Under the pieces are notes generated by a model. That model had not been told where the DNA came from. It made no database searches and was given only the letters and a program-made list of their open reading frames with translations. This document shows, one piece after another, positions 38,533 to 48,828 of a stretch of 57,023 bases of DNA. Each line of letters starts with the position of its first letter. Position 1 is the stretch's first letter. The DNA is taken from positions 1 through 57,023 of the forward strand of contig JBGUEB010000001.1 in the NCBI GenBank assembly GCA_041821565.1. The letters run 5' to 3'. The DNA comes from Gammaproteobacteria bacterium. Its GTDB lineage: Bacteria > Pseudomonadota > Gammaproteobacteria > GCA-001735895. Both the position numbers and the translations under genes were made by a program.

Positions 38533-40353
38533 ATGTGTGGAATTGTTGGCGCCCTCGCGCAAAGAGATGTGAGTTCAATCCTGCTGGAAGGCTTACGCCG
38601 CCTGGAATACCGGGGATATGATTCGGCTGGAATTGCGGTTATCAATGAGCAAGGACTGGAACGCTTCAGGGCTCTGGGAAAGGTAAAGCAGTTAACCGAT
38701 CGGGTTCCGCAGGATCAGGCTGGCAAGATCGGCATAGCGCATACGCGCTGGGCTACTCATGGCGAACCATCCGAGATCAACGCACACCCGCATTTTTCGA
38801 GAGACCGCATCGCTGTAGTACATAACGGAATTATCGAAAATTACAGAGAGATTCGTGAAAATCTGCTCGCTTCGGGCTATGAGTTTACCTCTGAAACTGA
38901 TACCGAGGTGATAGCCCATCTGATAGAAAGCCACTACCAGGGTGATTTATTCGAGGCAGTAAAAAAAGCGGCAGACCAGCTCCGGGGGGCTTTTTCTCTC
39001 GGTATTATCGCTACAGATAACCCCCGAGAACTGGTTGCATGCCGTAGAGGTAGCCCGTTGGTACTAGGTCTTGGTATCCATGAGAATTTTGTCGCCTCGG
39101 ACGTTTCGGCATTACTGCCGGTCACGAATCGATTCATATACCTCGACGAGGGAGATTTTGTCGTACTCAATGATGAAGGCTATGCACTCTATGACGTGGC
39201 GGGCAAGTCAAAACATCTGGAAATCAATATTAGCGAGCTGAGCGCAGACTCGGCAAATAAAGGCAATTATCGCCATTACATGCAAAAGGAAATCCATGAG
39301 CAGGCACGTGCTATCACAGATTGCCTGGAAGGCCGAATAAATTCAACGACGGTGCTAGATTCGATCTTTGGGGTTAAGTCAGAAGCAATATTCACTCAAC
39401 TTCAGAATATCCAGATCGTCGCCTGTGGCACCAGTTATCATGCGGGGTTTGTCGCCAAATACTGGATCGAAGCATTACTCGGTATACCCTGCCAGATCGA
39501 AGTGGCTAGCGAATTCCGTTACAGGAAATCGGTAGTACCGAAGCATACACTGTTTGTGACCCTGTCACAGTCGGGTGAAACGGCAGATACCCTGGCTGCA
39601 TTACGAAACCTGTCGAGCGATAACTACTGTGGTTCGCTAAGTATTTGCAATGTGCCCGAATCGCCGCTGGTACGTGAATCCCTTCTGGTTTTAATGACAC
39701 GAGCCGGTCCCGAAATAGGTGTGGCTTCAACCAAGGCGTTTACCACTCAACTGGTGTCGATGCTGCTACTGGTGATTGCGATAGGCAAGCTGCGCAATCT
39801 GGAACAAGACGTGATTGCTTCAATCGTCAAGGAATTAATCGAATTACCGCGCCATGTTGAAGAGTTGTTGCGACTGGATGCGCAAATTGAAAAGATCGCG
39901 GAGGATTTCGTCGACAAGCAGAATGCCCTGTTTCTGGGCAGGGGTGAGCATTATCCAATCGCGATGGAAGGTGCGCTCAAGTTGAAAGAAATATCTTATA
40001 TCCATGCCGAGGCCTATCCTGCCGGTGAATTGAAGCATGGCCCACTGGCACTGGTCGATTCTGAAATGCCGGTTATCGTCGTCACCCCGAATGATGAGTT
40101 GCTGGAAAAATTGCAGTCCAATATGCAGGAAGTCAAAGCTCGCGGTGGAAAGTTATACGTATTTGCTCATCAGGGCGCTAAACTTGACGAAGAAAGCGAC
40201 GATGTTGTCGTCGAAATGAATTGCGAAACTAGCTGGGTGACACCGATCCTGTCAACTATCCCATTACAATTGCTAAGCTACCATGTCGCCGTATTGAGAG
40301 GTACCGATGTTGACCAGCCACGTAATCTGGCGAAGTCGGTTACGGTAGAGTAA
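38533..40353 (+). CDS. glmS: Glutamine--fructose-6-phosphate aminotransferase
   Basis: 606 aa. N-terminal 'MCGIVGA' nucleophile Cys, two SIS domains and C-terminal 'KSVTVE'. Confidence 0.98.
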   Translation: MCGIVGALAQRDVSSILLEGLRRLEYRGYDSAGIAVINEQGLERFRALGKVKQLTDRVPQDQAGKIGIAHTRWATHGEPSEINAHPHFSRDRIAVVHNGIIENYREIRENLLASGYEFTSETDTEVIAHLIESHYQGDLFEAVKKAADQLRGAFSLGIIATDNPRELVACRRGSPLVLGLGIHENFVASDVSALLPVTNRFIYLDEGDFVVLNDEGYALYDVAGKSKHLEINISELSADSANKGNYRHYMQKEIHEQARAITDCLEGRINSTTVLDSIFGVKSEAIFTQLQNIQIVACGTSYHAGFVAKYWIEALLGIPCQIEVASEFRYRKSVVPKHTLFVTLSQSGETADTLAALRNLSSDNYCGSLSICNVPESPLVRESLLVLMTRAGPEIGVASTKAFTTQLVSMLLLVIAIGKLRNLEQDVIASIVKELIELPRHVEELLRLDAQIEKIAEDFVDKQNALFLGRGEHYPIAMEGALKLKEISYIHAEAYPAGELKHGPLALVDSEMPVIVVTPNDELLEKLQSNMQEVKARGGKLYVFAHQGAKLDEESDDVVVEMNCETSWVTPILSTIPLQLLSYHVAVLRGTDVDQPRNLAKSVTVE

Positions 40354-40367
40354 CACCGCGAACACTA

Positions 40368-40545
40368 GCCCGCATTTCTCACCACCCTTCTACTGCGACG
40401 ACGCTATGCAGCACCCTGCATGACTTTAGCTCGGTCAGAGCGCTCAACATAGTGTCGACTATGCCTGCCCACTCTTCAGTCGCAAAAGACATGCAGGGCA
40501 CAGCCTTTCGCCGTCTCGCAACGAACGGTGGTGAGAAATGTGGGC
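40368..40545. repeat. 178-bp long imperfect palindrome (MITE-like or bidirectional terminator) 14 nt downstream of glmS
   Basis: gcccgcatttctcaccacc (40368-40386) against rc of ggtggtgagaaatgtgggc (40527-40545): 18 of 19 match. The inner arms gcgacgacgc..ccctgcatg / catgcaggg..gccgtctcgc also pair. Confidence 0.7.
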
Positions 40546-40575
40546 TAAATTTATCAGTGTGGGCGGGCGCCGTCG

Positions 40576-41406
40576 CTATTGATGTAAATCTTTTTGAAGC
40601 TGAGTCAGGTTTTCCCGCCAGGAAAATGCTTCACTAGACAGATTGATCACTTCAATGAGTTTCGAAACGCTCATAAAATCAAAACTTTTCTCGACCTCCG
40701 GCAGGTTATTGGCTAAAAATTCAATGGTAGGACTATGGGGATGGCCGATTGCGATCGCGAAGCCCTGCTCTTGCGCTTTTCGTAACCAGATATGAAACTG
40801 TAAACGAATCGATTCAACATTGCTGTAGTCGTTATCAAGAAACACGTCCCGGGAAATCGAATCGAGGCCAGAATTCAGTGCCACGTGCTGTGCGACGCTG
40901 CGAGGGGTGGTGAGGCTGTCGAGAAAATAGAGATTAGAATTATAAGATCGGATGCTATCCATAATCGGGCGCATAAAATAGTCGATTTCGGTTAAATGGC
41001 TGCCCATATGATTGTTGATGCCTTTGATGTTGGGCATCTCAGCTAACATGGTGTGCAGGTTTACTACGAGTTGATCCTCATTCATCGATTCATTGAGGGC
41101 ATTCGGTTCTCTGGCTGCTAATACGCTGGACGATTGTAGTGGGAGATGAAGGATAGTTTCCTTATCCATTTCGTTGGCCAGGCTTGCCAGCCTTTTGCTG
41201 TAGGTGGCGTCGGGGATTATGGCGTAGGTATGATCCCCCTCGAGATCGATCGCAGCCTGACCCTTGCTCAGGGAATAACCCAGATCATCGATAACCAGCG
41301 ATAAAATGGGCTTTTGATCTGCGTTTGCGACTGCTGCCAGGATCAGGCAGAAAAGCGGGGTAATTAAAAATCGCCGGCCCCTGGCCCGGTAGTTAGCTGC
41401 TTTCAA
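40576..41406 (-). CDS. Divergent polysaccharide deacetylase family protein (YibQ-like)
   Basis: 276 aa with a signal peptide. 'LSLVIDDLGY' and 'NHMGS' motifs. Synteny envC-ctpA-yibQ. Apparent TTG start. Confidence 0.75.
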   Translation of the reverse strand: MKAANYRARGRRFLITPLFCLILAAVANADQKPILSLVIDDLGYSLSKGQAAIDLEGDHTYAIIPDATYSKRLASLANEMDKETILHLPLQSSSVLAAREPNALNESMNEDQLVVNLHTMLAEMPNIKGINNHMGSHLTEIDYFMRPIMDSIRSYNSNLYFLDSLTTPRSVAQHVALNSGLDSISRDVFLDNDYSNVESIRLQFHIWLRKAQEQGFAIAIGHPHSPTIEFLANNLPEVEKSFDFMSVSKLIEVINLSSEAFSWRENLTQLQKDLHQ

Positions 41407-42697
41407 GCTGACTCATGATGTGCAGGCCTTTAAGAAGATTCAGCGCTTCGTAAAGCTGGAAGTCGGTTTCGGCCAGTTTTTCCGATCCTGGTTTGTCTTT
41501 GGCATCGCTTTCAGGAGATTCACCATTTGGGTTGCTCAGGCGGCCATCAAGGTCTTTTTCTGAAAATGAAGCTCTTTCTTTTGTATCATTGGCTGAAATC
41601 TTCAAAGTGCTCAGCGTGATATCAGGAACAATACCCTTGGCCTGAATTGAGCGTCCATTAGGCGTAAAATAACGCGCCGTGGTCAGTTTCACGGCCGATC
41701 CATTGCGTAATTCCTGGATAGTCTGAACCGAACCCTTACCAAATGATTTGGTGCCCATGATTATTGCACGGTTGTGGTCCTGCATTGCCCCAGCGACAAT
41801 TTCTGATGCCGATGCCGATCCGCCATTAATTAAAACCACCAGCGGCGCACCATTCAGGCTGTCGCCTGGAGTTGCGAGGTATTTATGGCTTGAATCTTCG
41901 ATTCTGCCTTCGGTATAGACAATCATTCCGTTTTCAATAAAAGCATCGGAAACGCCAACCGCGCCATTTAGTACGCCGCCCGGGTTATTGCGTAGATCAA
42001 GAATCATACCTTGCAGGGTATTTTCTTTTTGCAAGTCAGAGATTGCTTTTAGCAGGTCGGTGGTAGTGCGTGACTGGAAATTGGTAATGCGGACGTAACC
42101 GTAACCTGGTTCCAGCATTCGGTTTTTGACGCTTTTAACACGAATGATTTCTCGTGTAATGGTTATCTCCAGGGGTTTAGATTCGCCTTCTCTAACTATG
42201 GTCAGTTTTATGTCTGTATTCGGTTTGCCACGCATAATCTTGACGGCGTCGTTAAGAGTCATGCCCTTGACCTGTTTGTCGTCAAGCATGATGATAAGGT
42301 CACTGGCCTGAACACCAGCGCGTGCCGCGGGTGTATCGTCTATCGGTGAGATAACCTTGACGAACCCGTTTTCCATGCCAACTTCGATTCCCAGTCCACC
42401 GAATTGTCCGGTAGTGCCGATTTTCAGGTCGCTGAATTCGCTAGTATTCAAATACGATGAGTGTGGATCCAGACCACTGAGCATTCCCCTGATGGCATCT
42501 TCAATCAGGCTTTTGTCGTCGACTCCCTCGACATAGTCGGATTTGATACGGGAAAAAACCTCGGTAAAGGCCTGCAGTTCCTCGAATGGAATATCCTGGT
42601 CTTCTTTCAGCGCATAAACGCTATGCCCGATAGCCAGTGAAAGACCGAGCACTATACCTACAATAAAGTAGGTTGATTTTCGTAAATTGTTAAGCAT
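41393..42697 (-). CDS. ctpA: Carboxy-terminal processing protease (S41 family)
   Basis: 434 aa. PDZ region and S41 'GGSASASE...KSFGKGSVQ'. GGAGA RBS. Confidence 0.92.
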   Translation of the reverse strand: MLNNLRKSTYFIVGIVLGLSLAIGHSVYALKEDQDIPFEELQAFTEVFSRIKSDYVEGVDDKSLIEDAIRGMLSGLDPHSSYLNTSEFSDLKIGTTGQFGGLGIEVGMENGFVKVISPIDDTPAARAGVQASDLIIMLDDKQVKGMTLNDAVKIMRGKPNTDIKLTIVREGESKPLEITITREIIRVKSVKNRMLEPGYGYVRITNFQSRTTTDLLKAISDLQKENTLQGMILDLRNNPGGVLNGAVGVSDAFIENGMIVYTEGRIEDSSHKYLATPGDSLNGAPLVVLINGGSASASEIVAGAMQDHNRAIIMGTKSFGKGSVQTIQELRNGSAVKLTTARYFTPNGRSIQAKGIVPDITLSTLKISANDTKERASFSEKDLDGRLSNPNGESPESDAKDKPGSEKLAETDFQLYEALNLLKGLHIMSQLESS

Positions 42698-42829
42698 TAA
42701 TTTCTCCGCATGCTGTGCGCTTATTGTAGACCAGATTTAAGTCAAGAAGTTGTAAACTATTGGTAACTTCATGAATAATCTTAAGATGGCTCCGAAAAAC
42801 CTGCAATCAAGTGTGCAGTTAACGCTTGA

Positions 42830-44014
42830 TCAGGAATCGAACCTGTTACCGGTCTTGCACCATCGTGTTGGGTTTTGTGGTTTACCCTTTTTTCTAATTT
42901 CGAAATACAAACCGGGCTTTTGCTGTCCGCCACTGCTGCCAATACTACCGATTATATCACCGGACTCAACCCATTCCCCGGCCGATTTAAATAATGATTC
43001 ATTGTGGCCGTAGAGTGAAAGGTAGGAATTGCCATGGTCAATGATGATTAAATAACCAAATCCTCGAAACCAGTCGGCGAAAGCGACGCGACCATGCGAG
43101 ACTGCCCTGACATGATTACCCGCCGGCGCATAGATCATAATACCTTGCCAAAGCAGGTTGGAAGGTCGTTTTTGTCGGCCGAAGAGTTTATCGACCTTGC
43201 CGTCAACCGGCCACGCCAGTTGCCCCCTTAGCCTGGCGAAAGCCCTTCTATCTACATTCGGGTCTGGTATCTCGACTAAAATTTCCTGAATCGAACTAAT
43301 TAGTTCCTGCAGTTGTGAAGCCTCGTCTTCCAGACGTACCAGATCCCCGCCCTGTTTTTTAATTTGCCGGTTTAGCGAGCTAATGATCTGTTCTCGTTTG
43401 GCCTTGTCTTTCTCGAGCTGGGCCTTTTGATTTTTTAACAATTGATGGCTATTTTCGAGCTCTAGTCTGGCTTTGTTGATGCTCGCCTCGGTTTCGAGAA
43501 TCTTATTGATATTAATCTTTACGGTTTCAATCAGGTTGGCACGGGCCTCAGAAAAATACTGGTAGTACACCAGATTGCGTTGCAATTCCCCTGGATTTTC
43601 AGGCGAAAAAAGCAGCTTAAGTTTCTCCTGTTTGCCCAGGGTGAATGCCGTATAAACCTGTTGGGCGAGAATGTCATTTTCCTGGAGGAGTTGCCGCTGT
43701 TGTTTACTACGTGATTTTTTCAGTTTTTTAATTTCAGCGCGCCTGGTATCAATCTTCTTTTTTGAGTCCCGGACCTTACGGCTGATGGTTGCGAAATTAA
43801 ATTCAATGTTTTTTAGCTGTTTGGTGTATTGGGACTTACTATCTTCCTTAACATCGATAGCCTGTTTCAGACTTCCAATCTTTTCCTGCAGTGCTTTGAG
43901 TTCTCCCTGTTTCTGGGTTTTTTCGCTGGCGTAGGCCGAAAGCGCAAACCAACTGCAGCCAAGCACAGTAATGATCAGGAGTCGGGTGAAGGGAGTGACA
44001 TATCTGGCGTTCAT
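42830..44014 (-). CDS. envC: Murein hydrolase activator EnvC-like (coiled-coil plus LytM/M23 domain)
   Basis: Signal peptide, long coiled coil and C-terminal M23 fold ('YGHN', 'G..G.SGG...PGLYFEIR'). Start set at the ATG at 44014. Confidence 0.85.
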   Translation of the reverse strand: MNARYVTPFTRLLIITVLGCSWFALSAYASEKTQKQGELKALQEKIGSLKQAIDVKEDSKSQYTKQLKNIEFNFATISRKVRDSKKKIDTRRAEIKKLKKSRSKQQRQLLQENDILAQQVYTAFTLGKQEKLKLLFSPENPGELQRNLVYYQYFSEARANLIETVKININKILETEASINKARLELENSHQLLKNQKAQLEKDKAKREQIISSLNRQIKKQGGDLVRLEDEASQLQELISSIQEILVEIPDPNVDRRAFARLRGQLAWPVDGKVDKLFGRQKRPSNLLWQGIMIYAPAGNHVRAVSHGRVAFADWFRGFGYLIIIDHGNSYLSLYGHNESLFKSAGEWVESGDIIGSIGSSGGQQKPGLYFEIRKKGKPQNPTRWCKTGNRFDS

Positions 44015-44213
44015 GATGGTTAAATTCGGGCCAGCCAATACACTTTATCGGGAGTGTGTTTCATGTCCTGAAATCATACTGGAATCGATCCGCATTGGCG
44101 AACCGAAGTAGTGGTCTAACAACTAAGGTATGATGATCGGGAACTCTATGGACAATCTTTTTGGATTCGATCATAATTAAACGCTAATATTATTGTTTGG
44201 TTATAAAGCACAA

Positions 44214-44546
44214 ATGAAGCCTGATTTGATTAAGTCGATCGACGCATCACAATTACTCGCCCGCGAAGAAGATATCGAGATTGCCTCGCGCTCGCTGAAG
44301 GCAATGTCACACCCATTACGCCTGAAAATTCTTTGTACACTCGGCGGTCAGGAAATCAGTGTTCAGGACATAGTTGACAATGTTGGTACATCGCAAAGTA
44401 ATATTTCACAACACCTCGCGATTTTACGCGATAAGGGTATACTTGCGTCGCGCAAAGATGCCAATCGAGTTTATTATCGTGTCGGTGATGCCCGCACACT
44501 GCGCCTGATTAGCATGATGCAAGAAGTATTTTGCTCGCCCACGTAG
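44214..44546 (+). CDS. ArsR/SmtB-family transcriptional regulator
   Basis: 'LKAMSHPLRLKILC.L....SV.DI.......QSNISQHLA.LR..GI' winged-helix signature. ATG at 44214 (the track used TTG at 44193). Confidence 0.85.
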   Translation: MKPDLIKSIDASQLLAREEDIEIASRSLKAMSHPLRLKILCTLGGQEISVQDIVDNVGTSQSNISQHLAILRDKGILASRKDANRVYYRVGDARTLRLISMMQEVFCSPT

Positions 44547-44581
44547 TCATTAATTTCTAAATTACCTGCCCCGATTAGATT

Positions 44582-45010
44582 ATGTTTACCCAAATCACTG
44601 AATTTTCAACAAATCATACCTTGTTGGTAGTTGCTTTTATCGCCTTGCTGGTTGCTTTGTTTTTCAACGAGTTTCGGCAGGCTACACAGAAATCTACCAG
44701 CCTGACGCCGGCAGGTGCGATTCAGTTGATAAACAATGAAGAGGTAACCTTGCTTGATGTACGTGAATCTGCCGAAACCGTGAATGGCAAGATCGCAAAA
44801 GCGGTCCAGATTCCGGTGAGTTCAATCAATCAAAGGATAGGTGAGCTGGATAAATTCAAGGACAAAAATATTATTGTTTATTGCAAAAATGGCAGCCGTG
44901 CTGGTATTGCCTGCAGAGCCTTGAGCAAAGCAGGATTTGATAATGTTTTTAACCTGAATGGTGGTATAACCGCCTGGCAGGAGGCCCATCTTCCAGTTAG
45001 CCGCAAATAA
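44582..45010 (+). CDS. Membrane-anchored rhodanese-domain protein
   Basis: 142 aa. N-terminal TM segment and active-site loop 'YCKNGSRA'. Confidence 0.85.
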   Translation: MFTQITEFSTNHTLLVVAFIALLVALFFNEFRQATQKSTSLTPAGAIQLINNEEVTLLDVRESAETVNGKIAKAVQIPVSSINQRIGELDKFKDKNIIVYCKNGSRAGIACRALSKAGFDNVFNLNGGITAWQEAHLPVSRK

Positions 45011-45105
45011 CCGGGCGGCACAGATAACTAGCTAACGGACATACTGACCACCAATGGTTGTCAGTTTCCATGCGATCCACTTATATTTAAAGAGTATTCA
45101 AAACA

Positions 45106-45627
45106 ATGGCAGAAGAGAAAACCCAACAACCCAATTTTTCGATTCAGAAACTATATGTTAAGGATGTATCCTATGAGTCTCCCGATACCCCTGAAACCTT
45201 TAAATTCACCAAATGGGATCCTAAAATTGAACTCAATTTGAATAATGCCCATAGTAAAATTGACGATAATATGTACGAGGCAATCCTGACTGTCACCGCG
45301 ACGGTGACGCATGAAGATAAGGTCGCATACCTGATCGAAGTACAGCAGGCGGGCATATTCGCTATCGTTGGATTTAACGAAAATGATCAAAATTATCTTC
45401 TGGGCAGCCAGTGTATGAATATTTTGTTTCCCTATGCGAGGGAAGCAATTTCTGATCTAAGCACCCGTGGCGGGTTTCCGCCATTGATACTTGCACCGGT
45501 TAATTTTGACGCCCTTTACCAACAGCATATGCAGCAAAAAACAACCAATCAACCGGATTCTGCAGCACAGGCTACCGAAATGGAGCAGGATAGCGAAAAG
45601 CCGGGTGCGGAAAACACCAGGCATTAA
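45106..45627 (+). CDS. secB: Protein-export chaperone SecB
   Basis: 173 aa. 'F.IQK.YVKD.S.E.P' and 'CMNILFPYARE'. Confidence 0.95.
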   Translation: MAEEKTQQPNFSIQKLYVKDVSYESPDTPETFKFTKWDPKIELNLNNAHSKIDDNMYEAILTVTATVTHEDKVAYLIEVQQAGIFAIVGFNENDQNYLLGSQCMNILFPYAREAISDLSTRGGFPPLILAPVNFDALYQQHMQQKTTNQPDSAAQATEMEQDSEKPGAENTRH

Positions 45628-45636
45628 GGACCATAT

Positions 45637-46638
45637 ATGCAAACCAGGGTCGCGGTATTCGGTGCAGGTTCCTGGGGCACGGCGCTGGCGATTCAACTCG
45701 CGCGAAATGACATTCAGGTTAATCTTTGGGGGCATGAAGCCAGTCATATCGAAAAGCTTGTACGCCAGCGTGAAAATGAGACTTATCTACCAGGCATTGA
45801 GTTAAACTCCAAAATTCACCCCGTCTCCTCTGTAGAAACATGCCTGCAGGACGCACAGGTAATCCTGATTGCAATTCCCAGTAAGGCGTTCAGGGGTTTC
45901 CTGCAATTGTTAAAACCCGTCCTGGCGCCACATATCAGCATTTTCTGGGCGAGCAAGGGGTTTGAAATTGAAACCGGCAAACTAATGCACCAGCTGGTTA
46001 CCGAGGAGTTGCCCGGACATCACTATGGTGTTATCTCAGGCCCGACATTTGCCGGTGAGGTGGCCAACGGCATGCCTGCAGCCATTACCTGTGCTGGTGA
46101 TGATGATTCATCAACTGCATTTTTAGCCGGTCTATTACACGGAAGCCGTTTTCGCTGTTATACCTCCAGTGATGTCGTCGGCGTTGAGCTTGGCGGCGCG
46201 CTAAAAAATATCCTCGCAATAGCAGTCGGCATTGCCGATGGACTGGGGTTTGGCGCCAATACGCGTGCGGCACTGATAACACGTGGTTTATCCGAGATGA
46301 TGCGTTTAGGTAAAATACTCGGAGCGCGAGAAGAGACTTTGATGGGATTGGCTGGTCTTGGCGACCTGATTCTCACCTGCACAGACGATCAGAGTAGAAA
46401 TCGGCGATTCGGGCTTGCCATCGGCAGGGGAATGTCGGTAGAAGAAGCGGAAATAGTGGTTGGCCAGACCGTAGAAGGACTTCGGGCCGCCCGTGCCGTT
46501 TTCAAGATGTCACAGGATCAGGGTCTCGAATTACCGATTATGGAGCAGGTTTACCAGGTACTTTATAAAGGGGTATCTCCGCTAGATGCGGTCAAATTGC
46601 TCGAAAATCGGCCGCAACGAGCCGAATGGGTCGACTAA
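45637..46638 (+). CDS. gpsA: NAD(P)H-dependent glycerol-3-phosphate dehydrogenase
   Basis: 333 aa. 'GAGSWGTALA', 'GALKN' and 'VEG' motifs. Confidence 0.96.
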   Translation: MQTRVAVFGAGSWGTALAIQLARNDIQVNLWGHEASHIEKLVRQRENETYLPGIELNSKIHPVSSVETCLQDAQVILIAIPSKAFRGFLQLLKPVLAPHISIFWASKGFEIETGKLMHQLVTEELPGHHYGVISGPTFAGEVANGMPAAITCAGDDDSSTAFLAGLLHGSRFRCYTSSDVVGVELGGALKNILAIAVGIADGLGFGANTRAALITRGLSEMMRLGKILGAREETLMGLAGLGDLILTCTDDQSRNRRFGLAIGRGMSVEEAEIVVGQTVEGLRAARAVFKMSQDQGLELPIMEQVYQVLYKGVSPLDAVKLLENRPQRAEWVD

Positions 46639-46680
46639 CTGACGCCAGATGCAACAAAATATTTGGTAAATTTCATATAT

Positions 46681-47136
46681 TCAATTAAAACCCTGCTGCC
46701 GCCAGGCCTCATAAACGGCTATCGACACGGTGTTTGACAAATTAAGGCTTCGCGAACTCGCGCGCATTGGAATCCTGAGTTTTTTGTCACTGTCCAGTGA
46801 ATTGAGTATTCCGGCCGGTAATCCACGGCTTTCAGGACCAAATAACAGGCTATCTTGCGGATTGAATCTCGCCTCTGCGTAAGACCGTTCTGCTTTAGTG
46901 GTAAATGCATATAACTGATTGATATTTGAAGATTTTTCATAATCTTCAAATGATCGATAACAGCGCACCTCCGCCCACTCAAGATAGTCCAGCCCGGCTC
47001 TGCGCAGCAACTTGTCATCTAGTTGGAAACCCATGGGTTCGATCAAATGTAATCGGCATCCGGTATTCGCCGCAAGTCGAATAATATTGCCCGTGTTAGG
47101 GGGTATCTCAGGCTCAAAAAGTACGATGTTGAACAT
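46681..47136 (-). CDS. trmL: tRNA (cytidine/uridine(34)-2'-O)-methyltransferase TrmL
   Basis: 'MFNIVLFEPEIPPNTGNIIRLAANTG' closely matches the TrmL (YibK) N-terminus. Start set at 47136. Confidence 0.92.
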   Translation of the reverse strand: MFNIVLFEPEIPPNTGNIIRLAANTGCRLHLIEPMGFQLDDKLLRRAGLDYLEWAEVRCYRSFEDYEKSSNINQLYAFTTKAERSYAEARFNPQDSLLFGPESRGLPAGILNSLDSDKKLRIPMRASSRSLNLSNTVSIAVYEAWRQQGFN

Positions 47137-47305
47137 TATTTCACTAATTCGGACAATTGACTTGAAATATAGCATTTGTAAGCTAAAATTTGTAGCAATC
47201 CCAATAAGTTATGGTTCTTTCCTTAAGAAAACTCTAGGATATAGAGCAACCATAACGGTTAAGTGCGGGACGCTAGAATAATTTAAAGCAATCGAGTGGG
47301 AGAAT

Positions 47306-48229
47306 ATGGTTAGCCTGTTTTCAGCGGCAAAGCAAGATAAACAGATCGGGGTAGATTTCCTGCCTGACGGCGTTGCTGTTGTACGGGTTCAGTCAGGAAA
47401 GAAGCAACCGGGACGCATCATCAGCAGCGAATACCTGCCCTCAGTCGGGCAGAAAGCCCAGGTTGAGGTCCTGCAGCACTGGGTGCATGACAATCATTTA
47501 GAAAAATCCCCCTGTATCTGCCTGGTAGCCATTGAAGACTGCGATACCCATCAGGTTGAGAAGCCCGATGTTGATGAAGCCGAATTAAACCAGGCGCTAA
47601 CCTGGAGAATCAAGGATTTGATTGATTACGACATCGGTTCTGCCGTGGTCGACAGCTATCCGATGCCAGATTCGAATAAAAACAATATGCCCCAGGTCAA
47701 TGTGGTATCCGCCCACGAGTCGGTGATTGGCTCCTATGTAGACAGTATTAAATCAACGGGACTAAACCTTGAGGCGATAGATATTCACGACCTGGTTGGT
47801 AAGAACCTGGCCTGTATTCAGCAAGGGGCAGGACAAACCCAGGCGATTCTTTCCCTGGTAGAAAATACTGGCCTGTTGAGTATCTTTCACGATACCGATT
47901 TATACGTTTCGCGTGACTTCAAAATTGGCATCAATCAGATCGTGCAGACTAGTAACGAAGACCAGGACGCTTATGATTCATTGCTGCTGGAAATTCAACG
48001 CTCGCTGGATTATTTCGAGGGCTTTTATAACCATGGATCGGTTTCCAGCATGCTGATTTATCCCCGGCTGCCAGCCACCGAAAAAATGGTGGTCTACCTG
48101 CAAAACGCTACCAGTTTTGAGATTGACTTTGTTGCATTTGACGAAGCGCAATCTGATGCGAACCCCCCAGGTCTTGAGCCGCATTGCTTTCATGCTTATT
48201 GTGCGGCATTGCGCGGGGTGTCCCAGTGA
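47306..48229 (+). CDS. mshI: MSHA biogenesis protein MshI, PilM-like N-terminal module
   Basis: 307 aa. First gene of an I-J-K-L-M-N-E-G-F ordered locus. GGGAGA RBS. Confidence 0.6.
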   Translation: MVSLFSAAKQDKQIGVDFLPDGVAVVRVQSGKKQPGRIISSEYLPSVGQKAQVEVLQHWVHDNHLEKSPCICLVAIEDCDTHQVEKPDVDEAELNQALTWRIKDLIDYDIGSAVVDSYPMPDSNKNNMPQVNVVSAHESVIGSYVDSIKSTGLNLEAIDIHDLVGKNLACIQQGAGQTQAILSLVENTGLLSIFHDTDLYVSRDFKIGINQIVQTSNEDQDAYDSLLLEIQRSLDYFEGFYNHGSVSSMLIYPRLPATEKMVVYLQNATSFEIDFVAFDEAQSDANPPGLEPHCFHAYCAALRGVSQ

Positions 48230-48828
48230 TACAGCAGCAGATCAATTTGTACGATGAGCGCTTCAAGGAAAAGAAACTACTCTTCTCTGCGGCCCAGGTG
48301 GCTAGTATCTTATTGGTGCTGTTGTTAGGCATGGGCGGCTGGTCATATAAGATTCAGACCAGCCTGGCTCAGGCGAAACAGGAAAATACAATGGTCAAGG
48401 CCAGTCGCCAAAAATTAACCAATGAATTAAACATGGCGAGTACCGAGCTTACCAAACTATTAGCAGATAGCCGCATCGATGAGAAGATTTCGAGTGTATC
48501 GAAAGCAGTCAATGCACGAAAAAAAATACTGGTTTTCGTCAGCGCAAATCAGTTCGGATCAGGCCAGGGATTTTCTTCCTACCTGGAGGCCCTGTCTGAA
48601 CTGCATGTCGACAATGTCTGGCTAGACGAAATTTCACTGGCTGAAAATTACGTCAAAATTCGTGGTAGCGCCCTGAATGCCGAGTTAGTCCCCGAATATT
48701 TTGGTCGATTTGGCGAGCAGGCAATTTTTCAGGGTAATCGATTTAATGTTTTTAATGTAACTCGCAAACAAGATACGGACTGGAAAGTGGATTTCGAAAT
48801 TGCCACCGACGAGACTATTAATGAATAA
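48226..48828 (+). CDS. PilN-like membrane protein (corresponds to the C-terminal part of MshI)
   Basis: GTGA overlap with the upstream stop. '(V)IQQQINLY' start followed by a single TM segment, as in PilN/MshI-C. Confidence 0.55.
   Translation: MIQQQINLYDERFKEKKLLFSAAQVASILLVLLLGMGGWSYKIQTSLAQAKQENTMVKASRQKLTNELNMASTELTKLLADSRIDEKISSVSKAVNARKKILVFVSANQFGSGQGFSSYLEALSELHVDNVWLDEISLAENYVKIRGSALNAELVPEYFGRFGEQAIFQGNRFNVFNVTRKQDTDWKVDFEIATDETINE

Noticed and set aside
40368-40545. Tn7-like end motif (TGTGGGC) at the right edge of the glmS-downstream hairpin
   Set aside because: Only 7 nt match. The motif faces outward (5'-GCCCRCA...TGYGGGC-3'), the opposite of Tn7 termini (5'-TGTGGGC...GCCCACA-3'). 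No tns genes or TnsB-binding repeats are present.
40452-40637. 61-aa ORF in the glmS / yibQ-like spacer
   Set aside because: It lies inside the long palindromic element and overlaps the end of the convergent yibQ-like gene, with no RBS.
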